From: Octopus vulgaris
Lineage: Eukaryota
DNA: 64,000 bases
Direction of reading: 5' to 3'
Assembly (NCBI GenBank): GCA_951406725.2
Contig: OX597814.1
Location: 224,068,001-224,132,000 of the forward strand
The notes beneath the pieces were generated by a model. That model was not told the origin of the DNA, did not search any database, and was given only the letters and a program-made list of their open reading frames with translations. Every line of letters starts with the position of its first letter. Within the stretch, counting starts at the first letter, position 1. The position numbers and the translations under genes were made by a program. Below are positions 1 through 12,445 of the stretch, piece by piece.

Positions 1-160
1 AAACTCCTTGCTTTTAGTCGCAGCAGACCACCAGTGCCCAACCTGTGGTAGAACATTCCAAGCAAGTATCAGCCTGATTGACCACAGTTAGACACACTGT
101 GACCCATCTTCACTTCCCAAGTGATATCCTAGTCATCATCGACAATGACAGATGAACATT
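1..160 (+). mobile_element. RTE-clade LINE, decayed 3' end
   Basis: Reads QCPTCGRTFQASISLIDHS*TH, an RTE C-terminal zinc finger, followed by a short 3' tail (gtcatcatcgacaatgacagatgaac) similar to the copy at 60580-60700 on the minus strand. Confidence 0.75.
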
Positions 161-397
161 ACGTACAGTATCATCTATCCAATACAGCCAATCTTACCAA
201 TAGGTATAGCACTAGGAGTACAATGTAATGTTAGATAACAGTCGGATTATGAAACCCTGTTATCTAACATTCCCTTGAACACCTAGTGCAAAACTGTGAA
301 AGATACATAATATTGTACACTCTATTGAAAAATATACGAGTGCATATTTTTTCTGACTTGTGGATTCTTAGACAGCAATATATATATATATATATAT

Positions 398-600
398 AGG
401 TGCCATGCTTGACTGCTAAATCCACAAGTTTTTTTTATTCTCTCTCTGTTGAAGAGCATAGGCTCGAAACATAAAAAACTTTTTCACTTTCCCACAAGAC
501 AAACTAATACAACTGCTTATTGTTCATACATCTGTCTTTGTCTTTTTGTACTCCACCTGCCTTCGTCTTTTGCTTATTTTCGTAAAGTTTCCCTTTATAT
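398..600 (+). mobile_element. Penelope-like terminal repeat fragment with degenerate hammerhead motif
   Basis: CTGTTGA-A-GAGC-atag-GCTC-GAAAC at 446-470, next to a (TA)n tract. Homologous to 33383-33560 on the minus strand. Confidence 0.55.
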
Positions 601-603
601 ATG

Positions 604-880
604 AAAGGGTAAAGACCCCCTTCAGTCAAGAGTGACCATAGGATTGCACCTAGAAAGTTACCCTCCGAGGCACAAGTCTGGGCAAGTTTCCCCTCTCCAA
701 ACCACTGATGCTATCCAAAGGGAAAGGCAAAGGCCAATACATCTTGGCACCAGTGACATCACAGCTCGTTTCTACAGCTGAGTGAACTGGAGGAATGTAA
801 AATAGGGCGTCATGCTCAAGAATGCAACACACAGTCCGGTGTGAGCCCAACACTAACCACTAAACCATGTGCCTTCACAA
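604..880 (-). mobile_element. tRNA-derived SINE, partial
   Basis: Minus-strand head (gtgaaggcacatggtttagtggttag) resembles a tRNA A box; body shares the cttgagca...gctccagttcactcagctg type core with other SINEs in the window. Confidence 0.65.
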
Positions 881-1238
881 ATATATATGCATATACATAC
901 ATGATGGGCTTCTTTCAGTTACCATCTATCAAATCCACTCACAAGGCTTTAGTAGGCCAGGGACCACAATAGAAGGTACCATACAATGGAACTGAACCTA
1001 AGACCACATGACTGGAAAGCAAGTTTCTTAACCACACAGCCACATTCTGTGTACATTTGTAAATGTATGCATGTGTGTGTGCAGGATGCAGTTTTGTGTA
1101 ATTGCATGTACACATGTAGGTTACACAGTTTTGGAGCATGTTTCATGTTGGTGTATTTACATTTTACTCAGCATTCTTCAGTGTCTACCTGAATGGTTCA
1201 TTCAATGAATTGGTAAGCTGTTTCAAGGAAGACTTAAA

Positions 1239-1536
1239 TCTTTATATATAAAAGTGAAGTTGTCTGTCTGTCTCCTACGATTTAGATTCCTAACTACTCC
1301 CACATTTTGCGGTGCAGTTTAACTAAAACCGGGTATCTTATAGTCGTGATTCATATCGAGCCCTTCTGGGTATTAGCGCGCATCTACGATGAGTCAACGA
1401 TTTAAAAAAAAATTTACCATCATTTTTTTTTCCATTTTTAATGCATTTGTTTGCTATTTTTTGGCTATAACTCTCTAAAAATGCTTATATAGTTATTTCC
1501 CTTACAAAACCGAGTAACGCCGGGCGATACTGCTAG
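1239..1536 (+). mobile_element. Non-autonomous Helitron
   Basis: Starts with TC after an A, ends with CTAG before a T, has an imperfect subterminal hairpin (ccgagtaacgccggg, 1510-1524) and no TSD. The 5' end matches 44723 onward. Confidence 0.75.
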
Positions 1537-2605
1537 TTGTATATAATGTAAGAGAGAGGGGGAGAAGAGAGAGGGGGAAGATGAGATAGGGGGAGAGGAG
1601 AGAGAGGGAGAAAGAAAGGATAGACAAAACCTGGAGGTATAAATAAAGAGTTTAATACAAACAGAAGGGGACATAAAGTGAAGAGGAGGATAATAGAGAA
1701 AAGGGAAAAGAAAGTAAGGTGATGAAGAGATAGAAAGAAGAGAAAAGGAAAGAAAAAAGAGGGAGAAATTGTTAAAAGAGAAAAAATTAAAATAAAAAGT
1801 AACGAAAGTAAAAATTTCTTAAACATAGTAAAAAAAAAACCCAATGAAAGGAATCAAGAAATGTTGAGATTTTTGGAGCCAGTTTCATGACAAGTTTCCT
1901 GGTTACCAATGTCTGCAGGAAAAAAAATACCTCCTAAAAAAGAGAGTGGAGGGAGAGGGAGAGAATTAGTGTATGTGTGAAAGAGAAGGATTTAGTTTTT
2001 AAAAGAGTGCAAGCAAAGCTGATGTGTGGAAGAGAAGATTAGTAACATGCAACTGAATACACCAAGTTTCCTCTTTAAGTGCTTCAGGAAGGGAATGGTA
2101 AGGGCAGAGGAATGAGGTAAGAGTGCAGCGGAAATGGTAGAAAGAAATGAAAAACAGCAACTTTCTGTGTCTTGCGGTGCCTAGTAAGATGACTAACTAA
2201 TTATAATTAACTCACCATAGTCTTCTTATGTGATTGAACATTTGTTTAAGCCTGAGATCATAAAAAATAACTTTCTACTAGTTTCGAACTGTGGTCATGC
2301 TGGGGCACCACCTTAAAGGATTTAGTTGAACACATCAACCCCAGTACTTACTTCTAATTCTGGTACTTATTCAAACTGGGGAAGGGGGTGTCAAACTGTT
2401 AAGTTACGGAGATGTAAACAAACCAATACCAATTGTCATGTGGTGGGTGAGGTGCATATACCCCAGAAGGATGATGAGTCAAATGGGGAGGCATTTGAAC
2501 TGAAACAGTAAAAGAATAAACAGAACCAAATACTGCAATCCACACTGTGTGGTGCTCAACTGATTCTACCACCAGCCAATCCTTAAATTAATTTTATATT
2601 TACAT

Positions 2606-3014
2606 AGGCGTAGGAGTGGCTGTGTGATAAGTAGCTTGCTTACCAACCACATGGTTCCGGGTTCATTCCCACTGTGTGGCACCTTGGGCAAGTATCTTCT
2701 TCTATAGCCTCGGGCCAACCAAAGCCTTGCAGGTGAATTTGGTGAATTTGCAGGTGAAACTGAAAGAAGCCTGTCGTATATATGTATGTGTGTGTGTGTG
2801 TGTGTATGTGTCTGTGTTTGTTGCCCCAATATCGCTTGACAACTGATGCTGGTGTGTTTACGTCCCCGTAACTTAGCGGTTTGGCAAAAGAGACCAACAG
2901 AATAAGTACTAGGCTTACAAAGAATAAGTCCTGGGGGTCAATTTGCTCGACTAAAAGGCAGTGCTCCAGCATGGCCACAGTCAAATGACTGAAACAAGTA
3001 AAAGAGTAAAAGAG
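2606..3014 (+). mobile_element. SINE family A, full length, internal microsatellite
   Basis: Head aggcg(c/t)aggagtggctgtgtg, B-box-like ggttcattccc, internal (TA)/(TG) tract, tail gactgaaacaagtaaaagag. Many homologous copies in the window. Confidence 0.9.
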
Positions 3015-3139
3015 ACAATTAACAAAAGTATGGGAAATGTCTACAGGTTGTTGCTGAATGACATGTGTCTAGGATCCATCCATATCCATTACCCTGGATT
3101 GCTAAGAACATAAAATTAAGATGAAATGTTGATGTAAAA

Positions 3140-3312
3140 AGCACTCAGTCCACTCTGAGGGGTGGTTGGTGTTAGGAAGGGCATCCAACCATAAAAACCA
3201 TGCCAGAACAGACACAAGTCTGGTGCAGTCTTTTACTTGGCCAGGTCCTGCCAAACCATCCAACCAGCATGGAAGGCAGATGTTAAACACTGATGATGAT
3301 GATGATGATGAT
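3140..3312 (+). mobile_element. RTE-type 3' tail repeat ending in (GAT)n
   Basis: ggttggtgttaggaagggcatcca...gttaaacactgatgatgat; homologous to ~4640-4860 and 10392-10536. Confidence 0.65.
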
Positions 3313-5239
3313 GGAAGCTTTTAATTTAGATCACCTTGAAACAGGAAGTTTGAGCCATTGAACCAGGATTAGTCTTGGACAGGTTAGTATCAAAAGGATT
3401 AATGACAAAATCTACCCAGCTGCAGGTGGCATACTTCATAGTCATAATTTGACAGCACTGTGGTGAGCTGAAGGATAGTTTTAAAGTACAGAGTTACATC
3501 AAATACATTGGCAAAAATGGCAACTATCCTATCCTGTCTATCTTACAGCTATTTCTCATTACAGAAACTGGAAATAATTCTCATACTTTCCCAACTAATC
3601 CTTGGTTAAATTTAGTTTTATTGCACTACATTTCATGACACTTTCGGTAAAATAATTTAAAGTTACTTCTCATTAACTTTTTGAAATAGAGAACTTTCTA
3701 AAATTAGTTCAGAATTCAAGACAATATAAGCATTGTAGCATGAGGCTAATTAATATTGATGACAAAACTTATTTCTAAATTTAATCAAACATTAAAATGT
3801 CAACTCTGGACATCTGTTAACTTCTCTATAAAACTGAAACTAAGCTAATGAGCATGACATACTAAAAATAGTAACCGAATCTCTTTCAAATCATAGCCTG
3901 CTATATATGAATCCCTTAGGGACTCATATATGATTTTTTTTTTTTCTGTTCAATTCCTCACAATATTTAATTCTAAAAATATAGAGGGTCACAGTAGATA
4001 ATGTAATTTTAGATACACAGTGCCAGAGAGAATTATAGGATTGCCAAAACTAGAATATCTTTGGTTATGGTCTGCACCACTGAGAGGAAGCTTCAAGCAT
4101 CAAAATGATCAGGAGTGTACTCAGTACCATCCATAATATTGCTGGTCTTCTCCCAACCATTTTTCTGTATTGTCAGTCATCTCCTACTCTCCCTATCTGC
4201 TCCAAGTCGTATGTATCATAGATCACCTTTCCACCCTTTATTCACCCTTTATCCACCCTGCAACCCTACCAGATTACTCAGGCTGTCACCTGTTCTCTAC
4301 CTTCCTTGCTTTTACGTTCATCCATTCAACCAGACCCCATCTCTAACCATCTTTCACTCTCCCACACACTCATGCAACTTCTGTTCTCCAGTCCCCAGTC
4401 ACTTCTATTCACTTCATAACATGAGGGTCCACCTTGACCCCTGACACCTCATCACCAATTATCTCTTTCCAGATCCATTCTGGCCCCTCCCACCCTCTCT
4501 TCTACAAAGCAAGTAACCATGTGGCTCTTCCATAGAAAGAAGCCAGTTCTGGCTTCTTCTCATAATTTAATCCTCTCTTCTAAGATAAAGCTGTCTCCCT
4601 CTCCATTCTAAACCAACTTAGTCAAAGTGGGTCTTAGTCTTGCAAGCCACACAATGATCTCTCAAGTGCTGATGTCAAAACAAAGCACCCAGTATACTCT
4701 GTAAAGTGGTTGGCATTAGGAAGGGCATCCAGCTGTAGAAACCACACTAAAGCAATCACTGGAGCATGATAAAGTCCACAAACCTATAAGATCCTATCGA
4801 AATGCATAATTCATACCAACCTAGAACATGGGTGTAAACAATGATGATGATGATGATGATATACTGCTGATTTAACTCAAATTTTAAGCAATATATTCCA
4901 CATAAATTTGAAGAAAAAAAATAACAAAATCTCTCCAATATTTAAATGGTATTTCAACTATTTGATCCTATGTTTTATAAAAAGGTATGAGTGTCATAAC
5001 AATTAAGAAACAATGGCAGTTTTAAAATAGCAAAATCCTCTTTATACAGGGGATACCTAGATTACATACAACCTGAATAAAGCCTATAATTATCTTACAG
5101 CTCTGCTTTATTTACATTTTTACAAACAAGCTAATTTGGTCAAACATAGCAAGCAGTAACAGTTACTATGTAACAAGCTGACCAAGACAACTTGTTAAAT
5201 ACTAAGCTTCTGCACCAGTTTACTTCCTCAACTAAAGAA

Positions 5240-5274
<35 letters not shown>

Positions 5275-5279
<5 letters not shown>

Positions 5280-5682
5280 GTTATCTTTCATTAGACTGCA
5301 GCCATGTTGGGGTACTGCCTCGAAGAGTTTTTAGTCAAATGATTTTGTTTTAAGCCTGGTACTTATTCTATTGATCTCTGAAATACTGCTAAGTTATGGG
5401 GATGTAAATAAACCAACACTAGTTATCAAGCAGTATTGGGCTACTAACACAGGCACAAAGACAAACATACATAGATTTATGTGTGTGTTTATATATATAT
5501 ATATGTATATATATATGTATATACAACAGAACTGTTTCAGTTTTTATCTACCAAATCCGCTCACAAGGCTTTGGTCAGTCCAAAGCTTCAATAGAAAACA
5601 TCCAAGGTGCCACACAGTGGGACTGAACCTAGGACCATGTTGTTGGGAAGTAAACTTCTTACCACACAGCTACACCTGCACC
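5275..5682 (-). mobile_element. SINE family A, diverged copy
   Basis: Reverse-complement similarity to 2606-3014, including the internal TA tract. Confidence 0.8.
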
Positions 5683-6740
5683 TATATATATACACCTATA
5701 TATATACACACATACACACAAAGTTATAAACTTGTTCATGGTACCACCAAAAAGTTATACATGTGCAAGCAGCTGTAAAAATAGTTTTTTGCAGCTGGCT
5801 GCTATTTCTACTGCTCGCAACTAAATTCTATATTGCTTCAGCTCTCACCTACCCATCAAGAATAGGTACTTCTAGGGCCATCTGGATCAACAACCCTGAA
5901 CTTTAATTACCCCATACCTCTAATTATCAGACGGGCTAGTAATTGACTTTCTACCCTATGGTAGTTTGCTTAGAAAGTTTATTGTACAACTAACTGTGGT
6001 TCTGGGTTTCATCCCTCAGCAGAGCATCTTGGGCAAATATCTTCTTTATACCTGGCCTATGTCTTGTTGAAGCTACCAGAAGAGAAAAGAAGGAAATCGA
6101 ATGACAGGAGAGGAAAGCTGGACAAAATCAAGCTCATCTTCTGTCAACATTGCCATGCAGGCAATGCCTTTGATTCTTCTATGCAAGAATTGGCCTACAG
6201 AGTCGTCAATGGCATTGCACCATGAAAGAAGCATTCAGCAAAGAAGTAAATAAATATGCAAATACGAGATAAAGCTGCTGTAACAATATCTTATGAGTGG
6301 AATTCAAGACAAAGAAACTCTGCAGAAATATAGAAGGCAATAATAACTATTGCTTTTCACTAACGGTGGGAGATTGTTTGGTTTCCAGGGTGATACAGTT
6401 TTTTTTTTATATATAAAAAATATAATAATTGCTGTGGTTGTGTAAGTAGAAGTTTGCTTTCCAATCATATGGTTCCAGGTTCAGTCCCACTGCATGGCAC
6501 CTTGGGCAAGTGTCTTCTACTTTAGTCCTGGATTAACCAAACCTTTGAGTGGATTTGGTAGAGTGAAACTGAAAGAAGCCCATTGTGTATGTGTGAGAGA
6601 GAGAGAGAGAGAGAATGAGAAGACTGAGGAATGAACTATTATCCTATGAACCTTCAGTAGCTTACAGCTGTTTCTGCTATAAGATGCAGTGGACTCATAG
6701 CTGAAGCCTTTTAGCTTCATCAGAGCCACAAATATGAAAT

Positions 6741-6788
<48 letters not shown>

Positions 6789-6958
6789 GGGGGGGGAGGG
6801 GGAAAGTAGGAAACCTTCTGACAAAGTGGAAAGTTTCACAAAAAAATCTTTATATTTAAGTGCAAAGGTCCATCCTCAGAAGAAAAAGAGTCTAGGAAAT
6901 GCCCATGCTTCAAGCAAACTACAACACTCTAATATGCATGTACGTGTGTGTGTGTGTA

Positions 6959-7002
<44 letters not shown>

Positions 7003-7370
7003 TCCAGCACCACCACTTAACCATTGTGTGTGTGTGTGTGTGTTTGTCCAGCACCACCACTTAACCATTGTTGGTTTGTTTGCATCCCTATAACTTAGCG
7101 ATTAAGCATAATAAACTGACAGAATAAGCATCAGGCTTTAAAAAAAAAGTCCAGAGGTCAATTTGCTCAACTAAAACCCTTACAGTCCAGTAACTGAAAC
7201 AAGTAAAAAAAAAAAAACAAACATATTCAAATGCCATCATTTCAATTATTAATGCGGTGAAAGAAATGTGGATGCAATATAAGTGAGGTAAGGAAAGAAA
7301 ATTTAAACAACAGTGATACAAAGGTAGTTTATTCTATGAAAGAGAAGGACCAAAGGAAAAGATACAAATA

Positions 7371-7524
7371 CCATATTTGCTCATGTATAAGTCTCACCCC
7401 TAATTTACTGTTAAATTTTAGTACAAAACTTTTTCCCTTCATAAATTCTGCTTGCCGATGGTTTTCTTTCAGTTAAAATCAATTATAAAATTGTGCAACT
7501 TATATTATACATGAGCAAATAAAG
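7371..7524. mobile_element. Tc1/mariner (pogo/Tigger-like) MITE
   Basis: Inverted ends tatttgctcatgtataa / ttatacatgagcaaata with TA at the left flank. Confidence 0.6.
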
Positions 7525-7591
7525 ATAAAGACCCTTCCTGAGCTATATCTACTCATAGGGCTGGTTTCCCAGTTTCTGTGGTACATATATT

Positions 7592-7822
7592 TATTTCTTT
7601 ATTGCCCACAAGGGGCTAAACATAGAGGGGACAAACAAGGACAGACAAAGGGATTAAGTCATTTACATCGACCCCAGTGTGTAACTGGAACTTAATTTAT
7701 CGATCCCGAAAGGATGAAAGGCAAACTCGACCTTGGCGGAATTTGAACTCAGAACGTAACGACAGACGAAATACAGCTACGCATTTCGCCCGGTGTGCTA
7801 ATGTTTCTGCCAGCTCGCCTAC
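7592..7822 (-). mobile_element. SINE family B nested in an older SINE
   Basis: 12-bp TSD ggtacatatatt at 7580-7591 and 7823-7834. The host SINE spans ~7530-8020 and is related to 62580-62790. Confidence 0.9.
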
Positions 7823-8039
7823 GGTACATATATTGCCCCTTGAACAGGGGATGCCAGTCTGTTAAAGGATTCCTCATCTTTGTCACCTAAGTGAAGTGGA
7901 ACAACATGAACTGAAGTTGTTTCGCTCAAAAATAATGTGTTGCTGAGTCCGAGTATTGAAACCACGATTTCACAATCCTGAATCCTACACCCCTAACCAC
8001 TAAATCATGTGCCTCCACATACATAAGTAAATACATTAT

Positions 8040-8520
8040 TGTTGTATTTCACTCCTCAAAGACATACAGCATCTTGAAAGAGCCCAGAAGCTGGCTACCC
8101 ACATGGTTCTTGGTCTCAAGAATTTGTCTTATGAAGAAAGGCTGAAGACGCTCGACCTTTATTCTCTAGAAAAACGCAGCTGCCATGGTGATCTCATTCT
8201 TGCTCACAACATCATAAGCGGAAAGTGTAACCCTTCGAAAGAGCTGTTCTTCACTCCTGCTCCAGAGCGTCGGCTGCGGGGTCACTCCGAAAAGCTCTAT
8301 CTGCGACGATTTCATCTCAATCGAAGGAGAGGGGCTTTCACCGTCTGGGTTGCGGATCCGTGGAATAAGCTGCCGGACGAGATGGTGAAGATGCCGACGA
8401 CCGCTCGGTTCAAAGTCTCCCTTGACCACAAGTGGCCTGAACTCTTTACATGAACACCACCCTGTACATAACTCCATGTTCCCCAAAATGGCCTTGCTTT
8501 TTGAGCCAAAAAATTAACTA
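8040..8520 (+). mobile_element. CR1-clade LINE 3' fragment
   Basis: ORF 8103-8453 (LSYEERLKTLDLYSLEKR...RGHSEKL...WNKLP) is a typical CR1 ORF2 C-terminus. Confidence 0.85.
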
Positions 8521-8549
8521 AGACGTTTTGGGGGGTTTTTTTGTTTTCT

Positions 8550-8890
8550 ACCCCCAAATAAACACACACACACTATATATATTTGTTCTTCATTTGTTTA
8601 TTGCTGTTCTGATATAGAAGAACAGAATGAACTAAGTAGAGCCAGAGCACACATGAGGATGGAAAGTGTTGCTGGAGAGGTCACAGATGTGTGACGAAAG
8701 ATTTCCGGACAATGAGACATGAGTTAAAATAAAAACGGTAATAAACGAGCGAAGAACAAATATATAGTGTGCGTATTTATTTGGGAAAAAAGAAGGAAAA
8801 AAATGACCATTCCGAAATATAACAATATCTGTTTCAACATGCGGTTCCACATCAGGAATCTTGCAACACAAACTCATAAAAGTAACATTA
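8550..8890. mobile_element. Fold-back MITE with long inverted arms
   Basis: Arms aaataaacac...actatatatatttgttcttc / gaagaacaaatatatagtgtgcgtatttattt. Homologous to 42328-42665, whose core is inverted relative to this copy. Confidence 0.6.
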
Positions 8891-9028
8891 TATCATTATA
8901 ATCAATATAACTGTGAGATATAATTAAGCCAAGAAGTATTAAAGGTAAAGATCTAAACTTAGACAACTGAAGTACACAAATTGGAAAACCACATTTTAGA
9001 ACATCTCATACGTTTGAAAAACATTTAA

Positions 9029-9249
9029 CTCTTTCGTTACCAACCTGGCTGAAACTGTCTCTGGCTCTTTAGTATAAATGTCTTGTTTTCAAAAGTTCTG
9101 AATTAAAATCTACCACCAAACCTCAGTCCCATTTTATGTTCCTAACACTAGCTTAATGATAACGATGTTATTTTACTAAATTCTTTGTTATATTTAAAAT
9201 AATTGGAAGAAACACAGAGCTTCTCAAAATAAATACAGTAACAAAAGGG
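9029..9249 (+). mobile_element. piggyBac-like MITE, 221 bp
   Basis: TTAA at 9025-9028 and 9250-9253; TIRs ctctttcgttac / gtaacaaaaggg (10/12 match). Confidence 0.85.
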
Positions 9250-9756
9250 TTAAGTCAAAAATGATTGAATATATTCGGTGTGAGATGGGAAATCATACAC
9301 TGTTATGGAATGGAATTTCCATGATTAATAGAAAACCCACAACAGAATCTTTTAGAAAGAAATCAAATGATGTAGAACGTATGACACTTACTGATAAACT
9401 AGCTCAGTAAGCTCAGTGATGACATCAGCTGGTTTTGTCTATTGCTCAACAACACTCAACATGCATCACTGGCCTAGTAAACAGATCACTTGATGATAAT
9501 CAAAGATCAAACCAATTAAAATGTAAAAGAAGTTGTAAGTATTAAGAAGTCTTCCATCTTGAAAGATGAAGTTAACAGTTCAAAAATTTATAATGATATT
9601 TATCACTCATTCTTTTACAATTTTATGAGAATTTCACATAAATCTATGCAGGATTGAAAAAAAATTATGTATATAGGGAAAATGGTGTGTAAGTAGGCAA
9701 TAATATGAGTGAAGAGAAAGGAAAAGGCTGAGTACAAACTGTCTGAGAATGCTTTA

Positions 9757-10367
9757 CCCTTTGACATTCAGATTATCGAATGTAATGTTCATTTATTCAC
9801 ATTGTTATGAATTGATTATGTAGGATCTCATAGCATAGTAGAGGCGCAATGGCCCAGTGGTTAGGGCAGCAGACTCCCGGTCTTAGGATTGCAGTTTCGA
9901 TTCCCAGACCGGGTGTTGTTTATTGAGCGAAAACACCTAAAGCTCCATGAGGCTCCAGCAGGGGGGATGTGGTGAACCCTGCTGTACTCTTTCACCACAG
10001 CTTTCTCTCACTCTTTCTTCCTGTTTCTGTTGTACCTGTATTTCAAAAGGGCTAGCTTTGTCACACTCTGTGTCACGCTGAATCTCCCCAAGAACTACAT
10101 TAGCAGTACACATGTCTGTGGAGTGCTCAGCCACTTGCACGTTAATTGCACAAGCAGGCTGTTCTGTTGATCGGATCAACTGGAACACTCATCGCTGTAA
10201 CGACAGAATGCCAGTCAGTCATCTCATAGCATTGAGATTTTGTTGGTGAGATTGTATATTTTTAGAATGACAGGGTAAGGTAGGTATGAGACGCTAGATC
10301 TGGCCAATTTGAACATAAAACAAGTAGAATATTTTGGGTAGATATAACTGGTTTAAATGTTAAAGAG
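9757..10367. mobile_element. piggyBac-like MITE interrupted by a SINE
   Basis: Ends ccctttgacatt / aatgttaaagag followed by TTAA; related to 38241-39211. Confidence 0.65.
9837..10220 (+). mobile_element. SINE family C, tRNA-derived, full length
   Basis: A box tggcccagtgg, B box gtttcgattccc, 12-bp TSD atctcatagcat at 9825-9836 and 10221-10232. Confidence 0.9.
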
Positions 10368-10564
10368 TTAAGATACCAATATCACCAGAGATTGGTTGGC
10401 GTTAGGAAGGGCATCCAGCCGTAGAAACACTGCCAGATCTGACTGGGCCTGATGAAGCCTTCCAGCTTCACAGACCCCAGTTGAACCGTCCAACCCATGC
10501 TAGCATGGAGAACGGATGCTAAATGATGATGATGATTACAAAAGACAATCAAGAGAGAACTTAA

Positions 10565-10785
10565 CACTTTTGTTTCTGTATTTATTTTAAGATGCTCTGT
10601 GTTTCTTTCAATTCATTTTAAATATAACAAAGAATTTAGTAAAATAACGTAGTTATCATTAAGCTAGTGTTAGGAACATAAATTGTGACTAAGGTTTGGT
10701 GGGAGATTCTAATTCAAAACTTATGAAAACAAGACATTTGTACTCAGAGCCAGAGCCAGTTTCAACCAGGTTGGTAACGAAAGGG
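10565..10785 (-). mobile_element. piggyBac-like MITE, inverted copy of 9029-9249
   Basis: TTAA at 10561-10564 and 10786-10789; same length and reverse-complement similar throughout. Confidence 0.85.
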
Positions 10786-11542
10786 TTAAGGTGCTCTTTA
10801 AATTTCTTAACCATTTCAATACCAGTCTGTCTGAGACTCCTTATGGTTCATTATTTACAATGGATGGAGGGGTGTCCTCATCTTGTTTGTTGTTATCAAG
10901 ATACGGACACCTATCCGTCTTTTGTAAATAATGTACATAATTCCCCATCACCAAAAATATGGAACAGTATTTCCTTATGGTTCTTTGATACAAACTTCAT
11001 GTTTCTGAAGTGATCAAAGTTTAAAATCTTCCATCAAAATTTCATGTTAATGTATGTTCCTAACATCAGCTCAAATGAAACAAAGATTGTGTGTTTCAAC
11101 AGAAATATGGCAACAAAAAGGTTAAACTTGATCAACACTATGGCAAAGGAAGTAATACTATATAAATGCAAACTTAATTTCAACTTCTCAAGTATAAAGG
11201 AGTGGGGATCAAAAAATATCACATTTATTTTGGGGGTGTGAGAATAAAAAAAGTTTCAAATTTTGTTTCTGAGTCAATGGGTGGGGCAGTGTGCTTTTGA
11301 CATGGTTTCAAAACCACTGCTTTACAAGGAAAACAAATTGACTACAGAGGACGGTACTTTATTTCATCCACTATAGGAGGATGAAGGACAAAGCTGATGA
11401 CAGCAAGACTTGAACTCAGAACTTAAAAGACTGTAATTAAATACTAGAAGCATTTTGTCTGACACTCTGATGATAGTACGGCCTTGAAAAAACTATGGGC
11501 CCTTGCATATTAAAAATGTCATAGAATGAAAATACATAAGTT

Positions 11543-11584
<42 letters not shown>

Positions 11585-12189
11585 AAACAGATACTGCTTA
11601 TTTGCATACTGTTACACACACACATCTTAGAACATATGAATAAAATTCATAAAGATAGATTCCCAAGGGAAAATGATGGCAGAGGAATATAAGCAATATA
11701 GATATCAATTATAAGATAGCCGGTCAGTTGGTAGATAAATAGATAGATATACATACATTTACTCAAGAAGTGTAATTTTAAAGGAATGCTTCTGTTTCAG
11801 TACACGATAGCATGTTACCAAAGGTCAGAGAATTGAGGATTCTGCTTAAAGGCTCAGCTTAGTACAAGTATCATATTCTAACCTTTGATAAGATAGGATG
11901 ATGTATTGAAATGGTAGTGTGCCTGTAAAGTCATATGTCTTAAAAGAATACATACACTCTACCATATATAATGTACAGAATCCTTTATTGAACTGTAGTC
12001 TTCTCAGTTGTTATTGATGAATTACTGTGTGTGTGAGGGGGAAGAGAGAGGTTTCTATCCTGGAATGCATCCAGAAAAAGATCACTCAACTGAATGGCAT
12101 AAAAACACTCACAGACATGCTTCAGCTTATGACCCAAAAGAATGCTGTCTCCTCTCTTTGACTATTCTGCTATTATTATAATGGAATCT

Positions 12190-12445
12190 AAGGCAGTGAG
12201 CTGGCAGAATCCTTAGAAAACAAGACAAAACTGCTTAGTGGCATTTTGTCTGCTGTGTTAAGGGATGTGTCTGGCATTTTGACTGTCCTTAGCTTCTAAG
12301 TTCAAATTCCATTAAGGTCAATTCTGCCTTTCATCCTTTCGGGTCCGATAAAATAAGTACCAGTTGAACTCCGAGGTCGATGTAATCGACTTACTACTCC
12401 CCTCCCCCCGGAATTACTGGCCTTGTGTCAAAATCTGAAACCAAT
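12190..12445 (+). mobile_element. SINE family B, diverged
   Basis: Head ggcagtgagctggcagaatc and core gcctttcatcctttcgggtccgataaaataagtaccag. Confidence 0.8.

Noticed and set aside
3903-3931. Small hairpin atatatgaatccc-tta-gggactcatatat
   Set aside because: Short and AT-rich; expected by chance or local strand switching.
4115-4560. 109-aa ORF or LINE fragment
   Set aside because: Only a faint resemblance to an RTE C-terminus on the minus strand; too degraded to call.
9841-9915. tRNA gene
   Set aside because: The tRNA-like head continues into a SINE body bounded by a TSD, with several diverged copies in the window.
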